This document shows positions 23,260 through 37,995 of a stretch of 64,000 nucleotides of DNA, piece after piece (within the stretch, counting starts at the first letter, position 1; every line of letters starts with the position of its first letter). The DNA is from Octopus sinensis (lineage: Eukaryota), in contig NC_043002.1 of the NCBI RefSeq assembly GCF_006345805.1, positions 95,604,001 to 95,668,000 of the forward strand, in the 5' to 3' direction. The position numbers and the translations under genes were made by a program. A model generated the notes under the pieces. That model ran no database searches. It was not told the origin of the DNA and was given only the letters and a program-made list of their open reading frames with translations.

Positions 23260-23967
23260 TATCTGTACTCTAGATTGATCTGATCTTCAAATATGTACTC
23301 AGTTTCTGAATGCATATATAAGAAATTTACAACAGACTAGCTATTTTGACTTGTGCTTCGCTCGAGTTTTGGTGGTGGTGTTGTTTTGTGCGTGTTGTCT
23401 CCTTTTCCCTTTCTTCCATTGTTCGTCTTCTTTGCCTGGTTCTTTTTATTGCCCTCTTCTTTTTCTTTTTCTTATTTTTTTTTCTTCGTCTTTATCTTCT
23501 TTTTCTTCTTTCTCTTCTTCCACTCTTTCTTTTCTCCTTTTTCCATATTCCTCACCATGGCAACCAAACGGTAGACCCCAAGCAACTTGCAACTCTCCTC
23601 ACACCATTGCCCACCCCCATTTTACCCTCCCAGTTTAAATTTTGGCACCAATCCGACCCCATCTACTGCCCCTTAAACCGTTCCCATCCCAAAATGAGAC
23701 AAATAACCAAGAAATCAAACAACGTTTTTGCATCTCAGCTTTATAGATATTGATAGATCTCATGCGATGCATAGACTCTGTTAAATTTACTATTGGTTCA
23801 TCTGATATTTTAATTCTAGTTCACTTTTCTGCATTTCAGACTTCTTTCACAGCTGCTATATGAAACATCAAACTTAGTGACATGCAAATAGTACCTGTGC
23901 AGGTAACACAGAAAAGACACCTGTACCAGTGACATGTAAAAAACATGAAATATTTAAACTCTTTACT

Positions 23968-24200
23968 CTTTTAGTCTTTTACTTGTTTCAGTCATTTGAC
24001 TGGGGCCATGCTGGAGCACCGCCTTTAGTCGAGCAAATCAACCCCAGGACTTATTCTTTGTAAGCTTTGTATTCTATCAGTCTCTTTTACTGAACCGCTA
24101 AGTTACAGGGATGTAAACACACCACCATCGATTGTCAAGTAATGTTGGGGACAAACACAGACACACAAACATATACACACAAACATATACACACACATAC

Positions 24201-24238
<38 letters not shown>

Positions 24239-24745
24239 TCATCATCATCATCATCATCGTTTAACGTCCGCTTTCCATGCTAGCATGGGTTGGACGGTTC
24301 AACTGGGGTCTGGGGAGCCCGAAGGCTGCACCAGGCCAATCAGATCTGGCAGTGTTTCTACAGCTGGATGCCCTTCCTAACGCCAACCACTCTGAGAGTG
24401 TAGTGGGTGATTTTATGTGCCACCGACACAGGTGCCAGATGAGGCTGGCGAACGGCCACGCTCGGATGGTGTTTTTTTTTTATGTGCCACCGACACAGGT
24501 GCCAGACGAGGCTGGCAGACGGCCACGCTCGGATGGTGTTTTTTATGTGCCACCGACACAGGTGCCAGACGATATATATATATATATATATATATACGAC
24601 AGGCTTCTTTCAGTTTCTGTCTACCAAATCTACTCACAAGGCTTTGGTCGGCCCAAGGCTATAGTAGAAGACACATGCTCAAGGTGCCATGCAGCGGGAC
24701 TGAACCCAGAACCATGTGGTTGGTAAGCAAGCTACTTACCACACA
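23968..24745 (-). mobile_element. SINE family 1 split by a SINE family 2 insertion (24236-24571) in its internal microsatellite
   Basis: 3' half 23968-24180 and 5' half 24597-24745 of family 1 bracket a family 2 copy with ~62-bp internal tandem repeats. Confidence 0.8.
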
Positions 24746-25132
24746 GTCAAACATTTTCAGAAAATAAATTTGGCAGGATTAAAATATCAGTGAACAGAAA
24801 CATGACTGATGATGAACCAAGATATATAGTTTTTTTTTCTTTTTATATATAAGTCTTCATTTTGTTTATTAATTTCCATAAAAATTTAACATGAATACTG
24901 TGTAGTTGAGAAGCTTCCCTTTCCGGCCATGTGCTCTTGGATCCTGTCCCACTATGTGGCACCTTGAGAGAGTGTTTTCTACCGTAGCCCCAAGTCAATC
25001 AAAGCCTTGTAAGAGGATTTGATGCACAGGAACTGAAAGAAACCTGTTGTGTATATATATGTGTGTGTGTATGTGTGCATGTGTGTATGTGTGTGTATGT
25101 GTGTGCATGTGTATATGCATGCATATATGTTT

Positions 25133-25357
25133 CTATATTACCCACAAGGAGCTAAACATAGAGGGGATAAACAAGGACAGACAAACGGATTAAGTCATTG
25201 CATCGACCCCAGTGCATAACTGGTACTTAATTTATCGACCCCGAAAGGATGAAAGGCAAAGTTGACCTCGGCAGAATTTGAACTCAGAACGTAACGGCAG
25301 ACGAAATATAGCTACGCATTTCGCCCGGCGTGCTAACGGTTCTGCCAGCTCGCCGCC
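25133..25357 (-). mobile_element. SINE family 3 inserted in the middle of a plus-strand family 1 copy (~24890-25560)
   Basis: GCCTTTCATCCTTTCGGGGTCGATAAATTAAGTACCAG core on the minus strand (resembles the MetaSINE central domain, from memory). Confidence 0.75.
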
Positions 25358-26747
25358 GTTTATATGCATGCATATATGTTTGTTTACATCCCCTAATTGA
25401 TTGATTCAGCCAAACAGATGGACAGAATAATTACCAGGTTTAAGATGAAATAAGCGCTGGCGGTCAATTTGTTTGAGTAAAAAAAACAACCTTCAAAGCC
25501 CTGCTTCCAGAATGGCTGCAATCCAATGACTGAAACAAGTACAGAGGTAAAGGATAAAAGAAGGAACGTAAGTTCGCCACTGAACTTTCCTATGACATGG
25601 CACTTTACAGAATAAAGAGACTCAGTTAAAAGTTCAACAACAGAATATTATATTTATTCATTCATTTTATTATTTTTATTTGCTCATTTACTGATAGATT
25701 TCTTACAGCTTAAAAGAGTGAAAAAATATCATTACTGGTGATAAACTTATATAACTGTTTCCATACCAATAACTAATATTTAATTTGATATACAAGCTAT
25801 ATGAATAACTAATTTTTGATGTTAAACTTATGAATCATATAGATAATCATAATCTTGATATATCATGTGTCACTACAGGTGTCTGGCGATATAAAATTAA
25901 TTTACCAACTAAAATTGATAAATGAGCTGTATACGCTAAATATGACTTGACATTTTCACAGTAATTGTTATTTTCATAGTGATATTGTGCATATATTACA
26001 GCAATATTTAAATTTGTTGTAGACAATGCTTATATCTTTTACAAATAAGTATACATTATGCAAATAGTGACATAATTACATTTGACATAAATTCAAAGTT
26101 TATTTCTGTATACTGAAAGTAAATACTAATGCAAAAGCACTCCATTATTATATAGATGCTATTCTTCTTCTTTTTTTGTTCTTTTTTTTTACAACCATTA
26201 GTGATTTCATTTCTCTGTTAAATAACTCTATTCTACATGAGATTATTTCCTTTTGAAATATTCAAAGAAATTTTTAGTTTTAGATTATCAATAGCAAAAA
26301 TAAGGTATAATTTTTAATTTTGTTTTCAATTTATCATCAAAGTTAATAAATTTATAAGATTTCAATCATCTTTACAGCAAATAGTTTCCATTCTATTTCG
26401 GATCAAAAGCATAAAAAAGAAATCAAAGTATCGTATTATGTTTTGGGATTGATATTGCCACCAACCTATTGCCGTTTTTTGTTTTTATATATTTTGGTGT
26501 GATTTCATACAATCAGTTTAAACAATAATTCTGTATACCAAATTATTTACATTTCTAAGTTGTTTTACATTTTGACAATATAAAAGTTTTGATTTGTTTA
26601 TCTGAACAAGTAAATAATCTAAACTTTAAAGAATACAGGAATCTCATTGAGATAAAATATGCTGCCTTTTACTCTTAAAAGAATTTTGCAATAAATTGAT
26701 AGATAGATAATAGACAGCAGACGCATAATGGAATATATATATATTCT

Positions 26748-27306
26748 TCTTTTTTCTTAGCTTGTTTCAGTCATTTGACTCTGGCCATGCTGGAGCACAA
26801 CCTTAAAGGGTTTTAGTCAAAGAAATCAACCCCCAAGACTTATTCTTTGTAAGCCTAGTACTTATTCTATTGGTTTCTTTGGCTGGAACATACCAGCATC
26901 AGTTGTCAAGAGATAGGAGGGGAACAAACACACACACACATAAATATACGCACACACACACATATATACACACATACATACACACACATATACACACATA
27001 CACACACACATATATATACACACATACACACACACATATACACACATATATACACACACACATATATACACACACATACACACACACATATATACAACAC
27101 ACACATATATACACACACATACACACACACATATATACAACACACACATATATACACACATACACACACATATACACACACACACATATACACACATACA
27201 CACACATATATACACACATACACACACACACATATACACACATACACACACATATATACACACATACACACACACACACATATACACACATACACACACA
27301 TATACA

Positions 27307-27346
<40 letters not shown>

Positions 27347-27350
27347 TGCA
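26748..27350 (-). mobile_element. SINE family 1 3' half with a ~430-bp expanded compound (CA/TA) microsatellite
   Basis: Tail and body at 26748-26930, then a CA/TA mosaic to 27350. Confidence 0.8.
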
Positions 27351-27589
27351 TATTTGGAGAGTGACTGCTACTGCTGCTAACATAATACTGAGGAATTTGA
27401 ATAGGTTAACAGAATCTATAAAACTAGACAATTCCCAGACTGTTTTACTTCTGAAGGTGGGCCTTTGCACCTGAAATATAAAGGTTTTGTGAAACTTTCT
27501 GCATTGTCAGAAGCTTTTCCATTTTCCATTTTCTTTCCCTTCTTCGATACCACACTGCTTCCAGCAAACTACAACACTCTTATGTATGT

Positions 27590-27646
<57 letters not shown>

Positions 27647-28709
27647 AGTGGCTGTGTGGTAAGTAGTTTGCTTACCAGCCACATGGTTCTGGGTTCAGTT
27701 CCACTGCGTGGCACCTTGGGCAAGTTTCTTCTACTATAGCCTCGGGTTGACCAAAGCCTTGTGAGTGGATTTGTTAGACAGAAACTGAAAGAAGCCTGTC
27801 GTATATATGTGTATGTATATATATATAGGTGTGTGTGTGGTGTGTGTGTGTGTATATGAGTGGCTGTGTGGTAAGTAGTTTGCTTACCAACCACATGGTT
27901 CTGGGTTCAGTTCCACTGCGTGGCACCTTGGGCAAGAGGGATGTTAGGGATGTTAGGCAGTGGAAATGGAGCTAGAGTGGGTAAAAGAGATAGAAACGGT
28001 AAGAGCTGGGTATGTAAGGTGAAGTAAAAGAAAGAAGAAAAAAGAAAAAAGGCTGAGATAGTTGAGAGAAGTGGGAGAGAGGAGTTTATGTAAATAAATA
28101 AATAGCTGAATAAATAATTAAACAAAAAAAAAAAACAACAAATGGATGGATGGATGGATGGATGGATGGATGGATGCTATCAGAATGGTAGCAGATGTGT
28201 GGGGATGGGATGAGTGAAAAAATTAAAAAGTGTTGGGTGAAAAAGAGGAAGAAAAATACAGTAGAAACTGAAGAGGAAAGGCAGGGAACAAGGGAAGCAG
28301 AACGAGGAGGAAGAGTAGTAGTAGGAGGGTGGTGTGAGGAGGAGGAGGAGGAGGAGGAGAGCAATGTTTTTCATCTTCTTCAGTCTTTATTGAATTTCAT
28401 TTTATTTTCCAACCACCACCACCACCACCACCACCACACCACCACCACCATCCCCATCTTTCTTCCCCCTTTTTTCTCTTTTCTATCTTTTCTTATTTTT
28501 CTTCCTCCTCCCATCTTCTGATGTGAATTTTGCCTTTGTTAAGAGTCTTTAAAGACCTGATGGTTGTCTATGGATGTTGATAATATGCAATTCTTTCATA
28601 ATTTCTCCAAGATTTGATATTTGGCATAGAATTAGAAGGTATCACTTGACTGAATGTAAGATGTTGTGGTTATATAAACAACATATCACGTTGTTTAGCA
28701 AAGACAGAG

Positions 28710-28829
28710 GCTTATGGCCATATCACGTTGAAAACAGCCGGTTCTCATCCGATCACAGAAGTTAAGCAACATCGAGCCTAGTTAGTACTTAAATGGGTGA
28801 CCGCTTGGGAAACCTAGGTGCTGTAAGCA
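28710..28829 (+). pseudogene. 5S rRNA-derived sequence, full length 120 nt
   Basis: GCTTATGGCCATATCACGTTGAAAAC...GATCACAGAAGTTAAGCAAC...TTAGTACTT..ATGGGTGACCGC.TGGGAA...GTGCTGTAAGC; terminal stem pairs; box C altered (TAAATGGG); no oligo-T terminator. Confidence 0.9.
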
Positions 28830-29070
28830 TCACACAAATGGTGGTGCATCAGCATGGCCGCAGCTCTGAGCTGAAACTACAGGAAAACAAAACAAAAAAC
28901 AGGCTTCTTTCAGATTCCATCAACCAAATCCACTCACAAGAAATTGGTTGGCGTAGGGTTACAGTAGAAAACACTTGCCCAAGGTGCCATGCAATAGGAT
29001 TGAACCCAAGACCACATAGCCACAATGCAAGTTTCTTAACTACACAGTAATGCCTGCACCTTCAATACAT

Positions 29071-29479
29071 CTCTTTCTCTCTTTTACTTGTTTCAGTCAT
29101 TTGACTGCAGCCACGCTGGAGCACCGCCTTTAATCGAGCAACTCGACCCCTGGACTTACTCTTTTGTAAGCCCAGTACTTATTCTATCGGTCTCTTTTGC
29201 CGAACCACTAAGTAACGGGGGCATAAACACACCAGCATCAGTTGTCAAGCAATGCTAGGGGGACAAACACAGACACACAAACATACATATATATATATAT
29301 ATATGTACATATATACGACAGGCTTCTTTCAGTTTCCGTCTACCAAATCCACTCACAAGGCTTTGGTCGGCCCGAGGCTATAGTAGAAGACACTTGCCCA
29401 AGGTGCCACGCAGTGGGACTGAACCCGAAACCATGTGGTTGGTAAACAAGCTACTTACCACACAGCCACTCCTGCGCCT
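29071..29479 (-). mobile_element. SINE family 1, near full-length young copy
   Basis: Reverse complement of 46428-46852 with high similarity. Confidence 0.9.
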
Positions 29480-29994
29480 ATATAGAATATAGAATATTTT
29501 AGTTTATTAATTTGTGTTTTAGTTTCACTTTAGAAGTGTCATTTTATTTGTGAAATTTTATGGCAAATTTCCTAAGCTATTTGTTTGAACCCAGGTGATA
29601 TTGCTAATTAAGCACAATATATGTTTCAAACAAAACGGAATGGAAAGAGACTGTAAATAGTTCTTGTAATTCAGTTAGTGTTATCTGTAGTCAGGCATGT
29701 CTTTATCTTCTATCAGTTATTTAATAAGACAGAAAATTACCACCAAAATGCTGAAACAGTATAATTTTGAATTCATTTGATTAATACCTAATTTATTAAG
29801 GAATCTTGATTGCGTGCTTAAATACAGTTTCATAAAAACTTGTACCTTTCTGAAATAAAACAGAAAAATACCAAAACATATATGTATATTTTTCATAATG
29901 TTTTTGTTCTTTAGGTATTATCGTGTTGTCTATTTCTGTTTCCACCATCATTTAATATCCTAAAGAATGTTAGCTTCATCACAGAATATGGGAA

Positions 29995-30378
29995 TGGAAG
30001 CGCTCCGTCAGTTACGACGACGAGGGTTCCGGTTGATCCGAATCAACGGAACAGCATGCTCGTGAAATTAACGTGTAAGTGGCTGAGCACTCCACAGACA
30101 CATGCACCCTTAACATAGTTCTCGGGGATATTCAGCGTGACACAGAGAGTGACGAGGCTGGAACCTTGAAATACAGGTACAACAGAAACAGGAAGTAAGA
30201 GTGAGAGAAAGTTGTGGTGAAAGAGTACAGCAGGGATCACCACCATCCCCTGCCGGAGCCTTGTGGAGCTTTTAGGTGTTTTCGCTCAATAAACACTCAC
30301 AACGCCCGGTCTGGGAATCGAAACCGCGATCCTATGACCACAAGTCCGCTGCCCTAACCACTGGGCCATTGCGCCTCC
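29995..30378 (-). mobile_element. SINE family 4 (tRNA head), full-length
   Basis: GGAGGCGCAATGGCCCAGTGGTTAGGGCAGCGG...GGTTTCGATTCCCAGACC; partial copies at 48260-48445 and 52607-52890. Confidence 0.85.
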
Positions 30379-31658
30379 ACTCACAGTATATATCTTAAGA
30401 CAAAATAGATTCTCAATTTTTTTAACTGTAGGAAATACACAAATCTCAAAAAGAAATATGGTATGTAATATATATGAAGTCTAAAAAATTTACTTTCCTC
30501 CGCCGATTTTATTTTTATTATAATCAAATATATCATCTTTAGAAGTCTAGTTTCAGTATCTGTCAGTTATGTTTTAATTTTTTTTTTTCTCAAGAATTTG
30601 AAATTAAATCAATGAAAATTTCTCTAAGTAACAAGAATCAAGTAAATCCGTTTCAAAATTAAAAGTCTTATTTGATGCCATGAATTGAACTGTTTTGTAT
30701 CATGCAATGACAAACCTTTGAAGTAAATAATCTATATATTGGACCACTTCACTGCTGGTTACTAGTCAATGCAACAAGAAACATGTTTTTTGACAGCAAT
30801 AACTTTCCTAAAAAAAACACGAAAATCATGTCTTCTAAATGTTGGCTTTCATTTTTGAAAATATTAAAAAATCTATCAACTGTAAAAGAAACTTGATTAT
30901 TGCATTTTATCTACTTCAAAGTATGTTGTTATGAACAATTACCTATCTTTATCACAAAGATGCTGTTTCCAACATGTTTCATGGTAATGTCATCAATTAC
31001 ATTATGATTTTTTGCATGATTTCATCAATAGAATGGTAGAAGAACTGAAGTTTTCCATCTTTACAAATAATTTTTGGTTGATATTGTTCTTAATTCCTTT
31101 TCAAAATGGTTTTCATAAGTTACATCTATTTAAAATATTGATAAATAGATACAGTGTATATTAAAATATTACTGTTACTTCATCAATTAATGATGAAAAC
31201 TGTTTATGAAGTCATTGTATCTGGTTTGCAAGATTCTTTATGTGAACTTGAGTTTTGAAACAAATTTTGTTGTGTCTAGGGAGAGTCATTATGCCAATGT
31301 CATTAATAACACACACTGGTTCAATTCCACTCCTTTATTATTAGTCAATTGGTTAAATATCCAACTAACTAATCGATTGCTTGTTTAATGTGGTTAAACA
31401 TTAAATCATTTGTTTTGTTTTTGTTTGTCAAAGCTCTTTCATTGCTTTTGCAACCTTTTTAATGACTTTCGACTTAGTCTAGTTTAGAGATTGTGAGAGG
31501 TGATAGCTCTGATGTCATCTGTGTATGATGCTGGGTGTGTATTTCAAAGTGATGTGAGAAGGTTATGTAAGTTAAATGTTAACCTACATAGAAAAAGTTT
31601 AAAAGACTGGATGGCAGGAAAATTCCTTGCAGTAATCCATTCAAGGAAAAACTGTTTA

Positions 31659-32190
31659 CCATATATCCTCAAGTATAGTTTGCCCTTGAGTATAATACGC
31701 AGGGGATTTTTAGGGGGCTGTACCTCTGAAAAACCTAAACCTTGTGTATAATACGCACCCCTTCTCTAACATGAGTCAAGGAGGTCTATATAACGTCCTT
31801 GGTTTGTAAAAATGTATACGGTAATATCTTTTATTATTATATATATAACATGATGCAAACGTGTAGCTTTTATTTTGTGCATTTTGTTTGCAGAAAATAA
31901 AGAAATAACAGTAATAACAGTAATAACAGTAATAACGTTTAATAAATGTTGCTTACGGCAAGTTATGGATGATCCTTTTATGACTTCATTACTTTCAGGC
32001 TTAGCTTAAGGTGTTTTCATACACCCAACATCACAAAATGTGTTTGAATAAACATAGCCAGACAGCAAATAGAGACTTGGACATTGCTTAGAAAATAATT
32101 TTTATTTCTAACCTCGTATATAGTACGCACTAGGGATTTTGACCTTTAAATTTTGGGAATAAAATGCGGCTTATACTTGAGGATTTACAG
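31659..32190. mobile_element. Tc2/pogo-like MITE, second copy
   Basis: TA|CCATATATCCTCAAGTATA ... TATACTTGAGGATTTACAG|TA; body matches 16282-16803. Confidence 0.85.
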
Positions 32191-33097
32191 TATTTATAAT
32201 ATTTATTGCACCACTCAAAGCACTGATCCTTCAACATCGCCTTCATCATCAGCAGCAACGTTATCATTTTCATTCTTGTTATTACTTTCATCTGCTTTTC
32301 TATGCTGTCATGATTTGGACAGGTCATTGTGATCCAAGCCAATTAGAGGATCAAGTTTCACTCATCACATTCCCTTTCTGACATGGTTTCTATGACAGAA
32401 TATCCTTCCAAACATCCACCAGCCACTTTACAAAGTCTACTGAGTACATTTTGTTTTGTTGTGGTGTCATCACTAGAGAAGTTGTCATTTCTTTGTACAA
32501 ACTCAAAATTCTTTTCAACCCAACATTATGCATTTTACCATGACAGCAGCACCATTGAGATCAGCTTATGAGCTATAAAAGCTAAAGAATTATCACTACC
32601 CTACAATGTTTCCATTCATCCAAGAAAACACGCCACCAAAAGGATGATCAGAGGAGCAAAAGTATGACAGGGGAAATAGAGCGATGGTATAGTGTAAAGG
32701 AAGAGAGCCCCATAAGGCAAGAGAGAGAGAGAGGTGGGCAACAAGGAGATAGCAAAAATTGATTCTACTGTCATTATCGATCTCATTGTAGTCATATATT
32801 AGGCTGCAACAAAAAATGATGTTTACTATATAACATGAAATATTTACTTCACAGTCTGAGCAAACTAAGAGTTAGTTTGCTCACTCAGTGTTTTGTGTTG
32901 TTTCTTAAGGTGTTGGATATGTTCTTTATTGAAGGATGGAAAAGAATAAAATTGAAAGATTTCTCTGTAATCAATGGTAGCTAGAATGGTGTATCTTTTA
33001 TCTTTCTTTTAACTTTTCCTTCTTTCAGTGATCAGACTGTGGCCATGCTGGGGCACTGCATTGAAGAATTTTAGTTGAATGAATTGATCTCAAAACG

Positions 33098-33129
<32 letters not shown>

Positions 33130-33758
33130 TTAAGCCTGGTGCTTATGCCATTGGTTTGTTTTGCTGAACTGCTAAGTTATGGGGATGTAAACACAGCAAC
33201 ATTGGTTGTCAAACAACAACACAGGAACAAACACAGACAGAAACAAACACACTCACTTATACGCACATACACACACACTCACACACACACAGACACGCAT
33301 ATACATACATACATACATACATACATACATACATACATACATACATACATGCATACAATGGGTATCTTTCTGTTTCCATCAACCAAATCCACTCACAAGG
33401 CTTTGGTGGCCCAAGATTAGAGTAGAAGACATTTACCCAATCAGGACTGAACTCAGAACTATGTGACTGAGAAGCAAATTTCTTACCACACAACCACTGA
33501 GGTCTTTTTTCTTTATCTTCATAATTTCTGTTTGTTCCAGTTATTGAACTGTGGCCATACTGGGGTGCCACTTTGAAGGGTCATAGTTGAACACATCGAC
33601 CACATAACCTATTTTAAGGCTGTTACTTATTGTATCAGTCCCGTTTGCTAAACCACCAAGTTATGATGATGTAGATAAACTTACTAACACTGGTTGTAAG
33701 GTGGTGGGGTGGCATTACAAACACAAGCGCATGCACACACATTCATACTCATATAGAT

Positions 33759-33793
<35 letters not shown>

Positions 33794-33936
33794 TACACTA
33801 ATATCTACCTGCATTTTCATGTGGTACACTTAAACAATTATAAAGATCTCTTCACACGAAGCCATTGGTTACCTTATCAACCCACAAATAAAGTGTATGT
33901 ATGTATGTATGTATATATATATATATAATATATATA

Positions 33937-33965
<29 letters not shown>

Positions 33966-33969
<4 letters not shown>

Positions 33970-34075
33970 ATAAAATATTAGGGAATAAATCCAAACTTAC
34001 AGGGAAAAATCAGATTTAGGATTGAATCCAATTTTATAGTAAAATATTATATTAAATTATCTCTAATTTAATATA
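33966..34075 (-). mobile_element. PLE-type terminal fragment (family D) between (TA)n tracts
   Basis: Reverse complement of 60290-60385; related pieces at 7020-7090 and 54300-54400. Confidence 0.65.
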
Positions 34076-34088
34076 ATATAATATATAT

Positions 34089-34143
<55 letters not shown>

Positions 34144-34156
34144 ATATATCTATATA

Positions 34157-34396
34157 TCTCACTTTGTAACCATATTCTTATATGTAAATATACATATATA
34201 TACATATACACACAAACACACATATATATGTATATATATGTATATGTATGTATGTATATATATATAATATATATATATATATTATATATATATATATACA
34301 TACATATATATATATACATATATATGTGTGTGTGTGTTTGTGTGTATATGTATATATATGTATATTTACATATAAGAATATGGTTACAAAGTGAGA
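34157..34396. repeat. Inverted repeat (~75-bp arms) around a (TA)n core
   Basis: TCTCACTTTGTAACCATATTCTTATATGTAAATATAC... / ...GTATATTTACATATAAGAATATGGTTACAAAGTGAGA. Confidence 0.85.
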
Positions 34397-36666
34397 TTTT
34401 TAACCACACAGCCATACTTGTTCCTTTATTTATTTAGCTAGCATTTTTCTAGTTATGTATTCATTGAGTTGAGTTTTGTGAATATTGTAGAAATGGTTAT
34501 AATCTGATGAAATTGATTTTAAAGTTCATTCATCTTTCTTGTATCAAATGAATGGAAAATATTCTACCATTGAGGCAGGCCATAAACGATGGGGTGTACA
34601 ACTTACTGAACTGATTTCCAGGGAACTACTGAAATTATTTTAAAGAAGTTAACTTCTGTAGAAGTTGAATTCACATTGTAAAAAAAATTTTAGCTAAATA
34701 TGAAAAGGGATTTTGTTTGGGGCTTAGCCCTCCACAGTATTTTCCATTACAGCATTCCAAAAAAGGTGTAGTGTTATATAATTAAAAAAATTATTATTAT
34801 TATTATTATCATCATCATCATCATCATCATCGTGTTCATCATCATCATCATCATTATCATTATCATTATTATGAGCTGACAGAATCATTAGCCAGGCAAA
34901 AATGCTTAGTGACATTTCATCAATCTTTATATTCTGAGTTCAAATTCCTCCAAGGTCAACTTTGCCTTTCATCCTTTCGGAGGTTGATAAAATAAGTACC
35001 AGTTGAGCACTGGAGTCAATGTGATTGACTTAACCCTTCCCCAAATTGCTGGCCTTGTGCCAAATTTTCAAAACATTATTATTATTATTATTATTATCAT
35101 GAGAGAGCAGTGCATGCCATCAAAGTGACACTGGGATAAAATATACGAAGCCCAGTATACCCATCATGACTATCTGTCTGATAAGGGTACACCAGGCACA
35201 TGCATCATAACCATATATGCATGACATAGTGATCTCATATGAAGATAAACAGCGATTGACCTTGCAGATGGAGCCCAGTTAGAATTTTCTTCAGGTCAAG
35301 TAGCCCATCTCACTCAAAAGATCCCTTGTTTAAGGATGTTTAACAAAACATCCATGTTTCCAGAGGTGAATTATCCAAACCCCAAAGAATTCCTCTCAAC
35401 TCATGGCTATGATGCTCCCCAACTATTTCTGCTTGTGACCAGAGATTCACTTATCATCAGCAACTAAGGGACATCCTCAACTGGTTAAGGTCAAGCAACT
35501 GACAAGTAAATCTGTGGTATTGAGCAAAATATCATCATCATCATCAAAGACGTCATGCCAGGCATCACTTGCTCTCTTCTGCAGGTAAATTGTTATTGAG
35601 ATCCATCACTCTTTCTTATTATTGTCCATCATTAATATTATCCATCATCCAATCTCTTTCCCAGAAAATATGTGGTTGCCATCACTGTCTCTCTTCCATT
35701 ACTCCATCCAGTTTTAGCACTCCTCTCTTACATCATTTCTAACCACCTCTTCATCCTACTCACTCTGTTTCTACTACCACACTCTTTCTCCTTTCACTCA
35801 CTCACCCTGGTCTTTCTGTCATCAATCTCTCTTTTGGTCATGCTGTAATGAGCAAATGGAGACGAGAGCCTCATTAGTGCAGCTTCACTGATAAAAGGTA
35901 CTCGGTACACCCTGTAACATGGGAGACAAATTAATGGAAGCAACAGAGTCATGAGAATCTTTTATACTGGTCAAGGACAAAACAACATTTCTAGTGTTGG
36001 TGCTATGATGAAATACATCCAGTTTTCTCTGTAAAGTGGTTGGTGTTAGAAAGGACATCTACTCATAGAAACTGTGCCAAAACCGGAACATACCAACAAG
36101 AAATAGCCTTCTGAATCTTCTCAGACAGCAATGACTCCAAATGCAACCTGACACTGATCATCATGGTCTATCCACTCCACGCCAGCATGGAGGATAATAA
36201 TCATCATCCTTATCTTCTTCCTTCTCCTCCTCCTCATCATCATAATCCCCATCATTATCATTATCATCATCATCATCATTGTTGTTGTTGTCATCATCAT
36301 GATCAATCTCTTTTTTTCATTTCTACTAAAAATTTTAAGATTTTCTATTAGTGCTAATAACAGTATTAAGAAAAAGTTAAGTGAATAACTATTAAATTCT
36401 TATTTTGTGCTTAAATTAAATATTTACCTAACTGTAGAATATTTACCAAAGCTCATCACATTGCCAGGCACAAGATAACTATATCTTCAAAGATATATGT
36501 GCATACATATAATATATATATGTATGTATGTGTGTATATATATATATATGAACACATATACATCATATATATGTATGTGTGTGTATGCGTATATATTAAT
36601 ATATTCATACATATATCATGTATATGTGTGTTTACATATATGCATATACATATACATACACACACA

Positions 36667-36740
<74 letters not shown>

Positions 36741-37535
36741 CTGTGTATATAAAGAGGAAGAGAGGAGAAAAGAGTGGGGGAGAGAGAATATTACCAATAT
36801 TCTATCCAATTAATGTAACTTTCTAATAATACTGTCAAAGAAATGAAGAATTTCATCATATATATTTTCTTGTAAATTTTCTTGATTCTGTCCTCCTCTT
36901 ACTTTCCACAGCAGCCTTCATGGTAATTTCTAGTCACTTGTTTGGGCTTTTCTTAGTTTTAATTGTTATTACTCTTTATCATTATTATTATTATATTTTT
37001 CTTATGACTCTACCTTCCGTATCTTTCTTGGGAAAAACTTGTGAAAAGAATAGAATATTTCAGCCATTACATTCTTTGGAAAAGTGAAGTAGCCAAAACA
37101 AAAACTTATAATGACAAGAATGGAGAAACAAGAAAAAGGAAAGAAAGAGGGAAAACAAGCCAGCTAAAAGACATTTTAAAAAATGTGTGTGTGTGTGTGT
37201 ACAGATGTACTAAATATGAAAGGGATGTTGAATGCCCTAAAGAAACAAAATCTACAGTTAAATGTAAGTAAAGAGTAGGATGTAAAAATAGCTTATAGAT
37301 AGAAGTGCTTACTATTTGAACAATGTTGCATTTATTCTTAGATAAGAGGATTATTTTTAGTCCTAAATAAGGATTTTTTCCCCTTTTTATGTTCAAGTAA
37401 TGATTTTTCAAGATCTTGTCAAAAGTTAGAGAACTTATTGCTTATATCTCAGAAGTGAACTAGAATTTTCTCCCCACCTTAATCAATTTAGTATTCGTTC
37501 ATTAAGGCAGGCAGAATCATTAGAACATGGTTTAA

Positions 37536-37756
37536 CTCTTTAGCATCTAAACTGGCTATATTCAGTCAAAATATTCACCCTGTTTTATGTTCAAACTGGT
37601 TGGATCCAGCCTCTCACAGCTACCCTACAATGCTAGTCTAAAAAATTTACAGTCACACCATTGAAATCTTGAAGCTACAAAATAATGCAGGATAAATTCA
37701 AAATAATGTGAATAAATAAGTATTACATTTGATTGAACTATTTGAATGTTAAAGAC
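37536..37756. mobile_element. piggyBac-like MITE, decayed
   Basis: TTAA flanks; body matches 15194-15414 and 49505-49725. Confidence 0.65.
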
Positions 37757-37995
37757 TTAAATGTCTTGTAGAATTTGTTCACACTCTGAGTTCAAATCTT
37801 ACCAATATCAACTTTGTCTTTCATTTTTTGGAGGCTGATGGATGAAATACCAGTCAAATACTGGGGGATCAATTCTTGTTTCTTTCTTCTTTCACCCAAA
37901 AGATGGTATCTTATGAAAAAAAAGGCACTCAAAGAAAAACAATATTCATAGCCTGTCAGGAAGATTCTTTCACAACCACATGGTATCTGCCAAGG

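Noticed and set aside
28710-28829. Functional 5S rRNA gene
   Set aside because: Single copy, altered box C, no oligo-T terminator; reported as a pseudogene/chimera instead
30716-31125. Two exon-like minus-strand islands
   Set aside because: Stops in all frames or need frameshifts; no recognisable product
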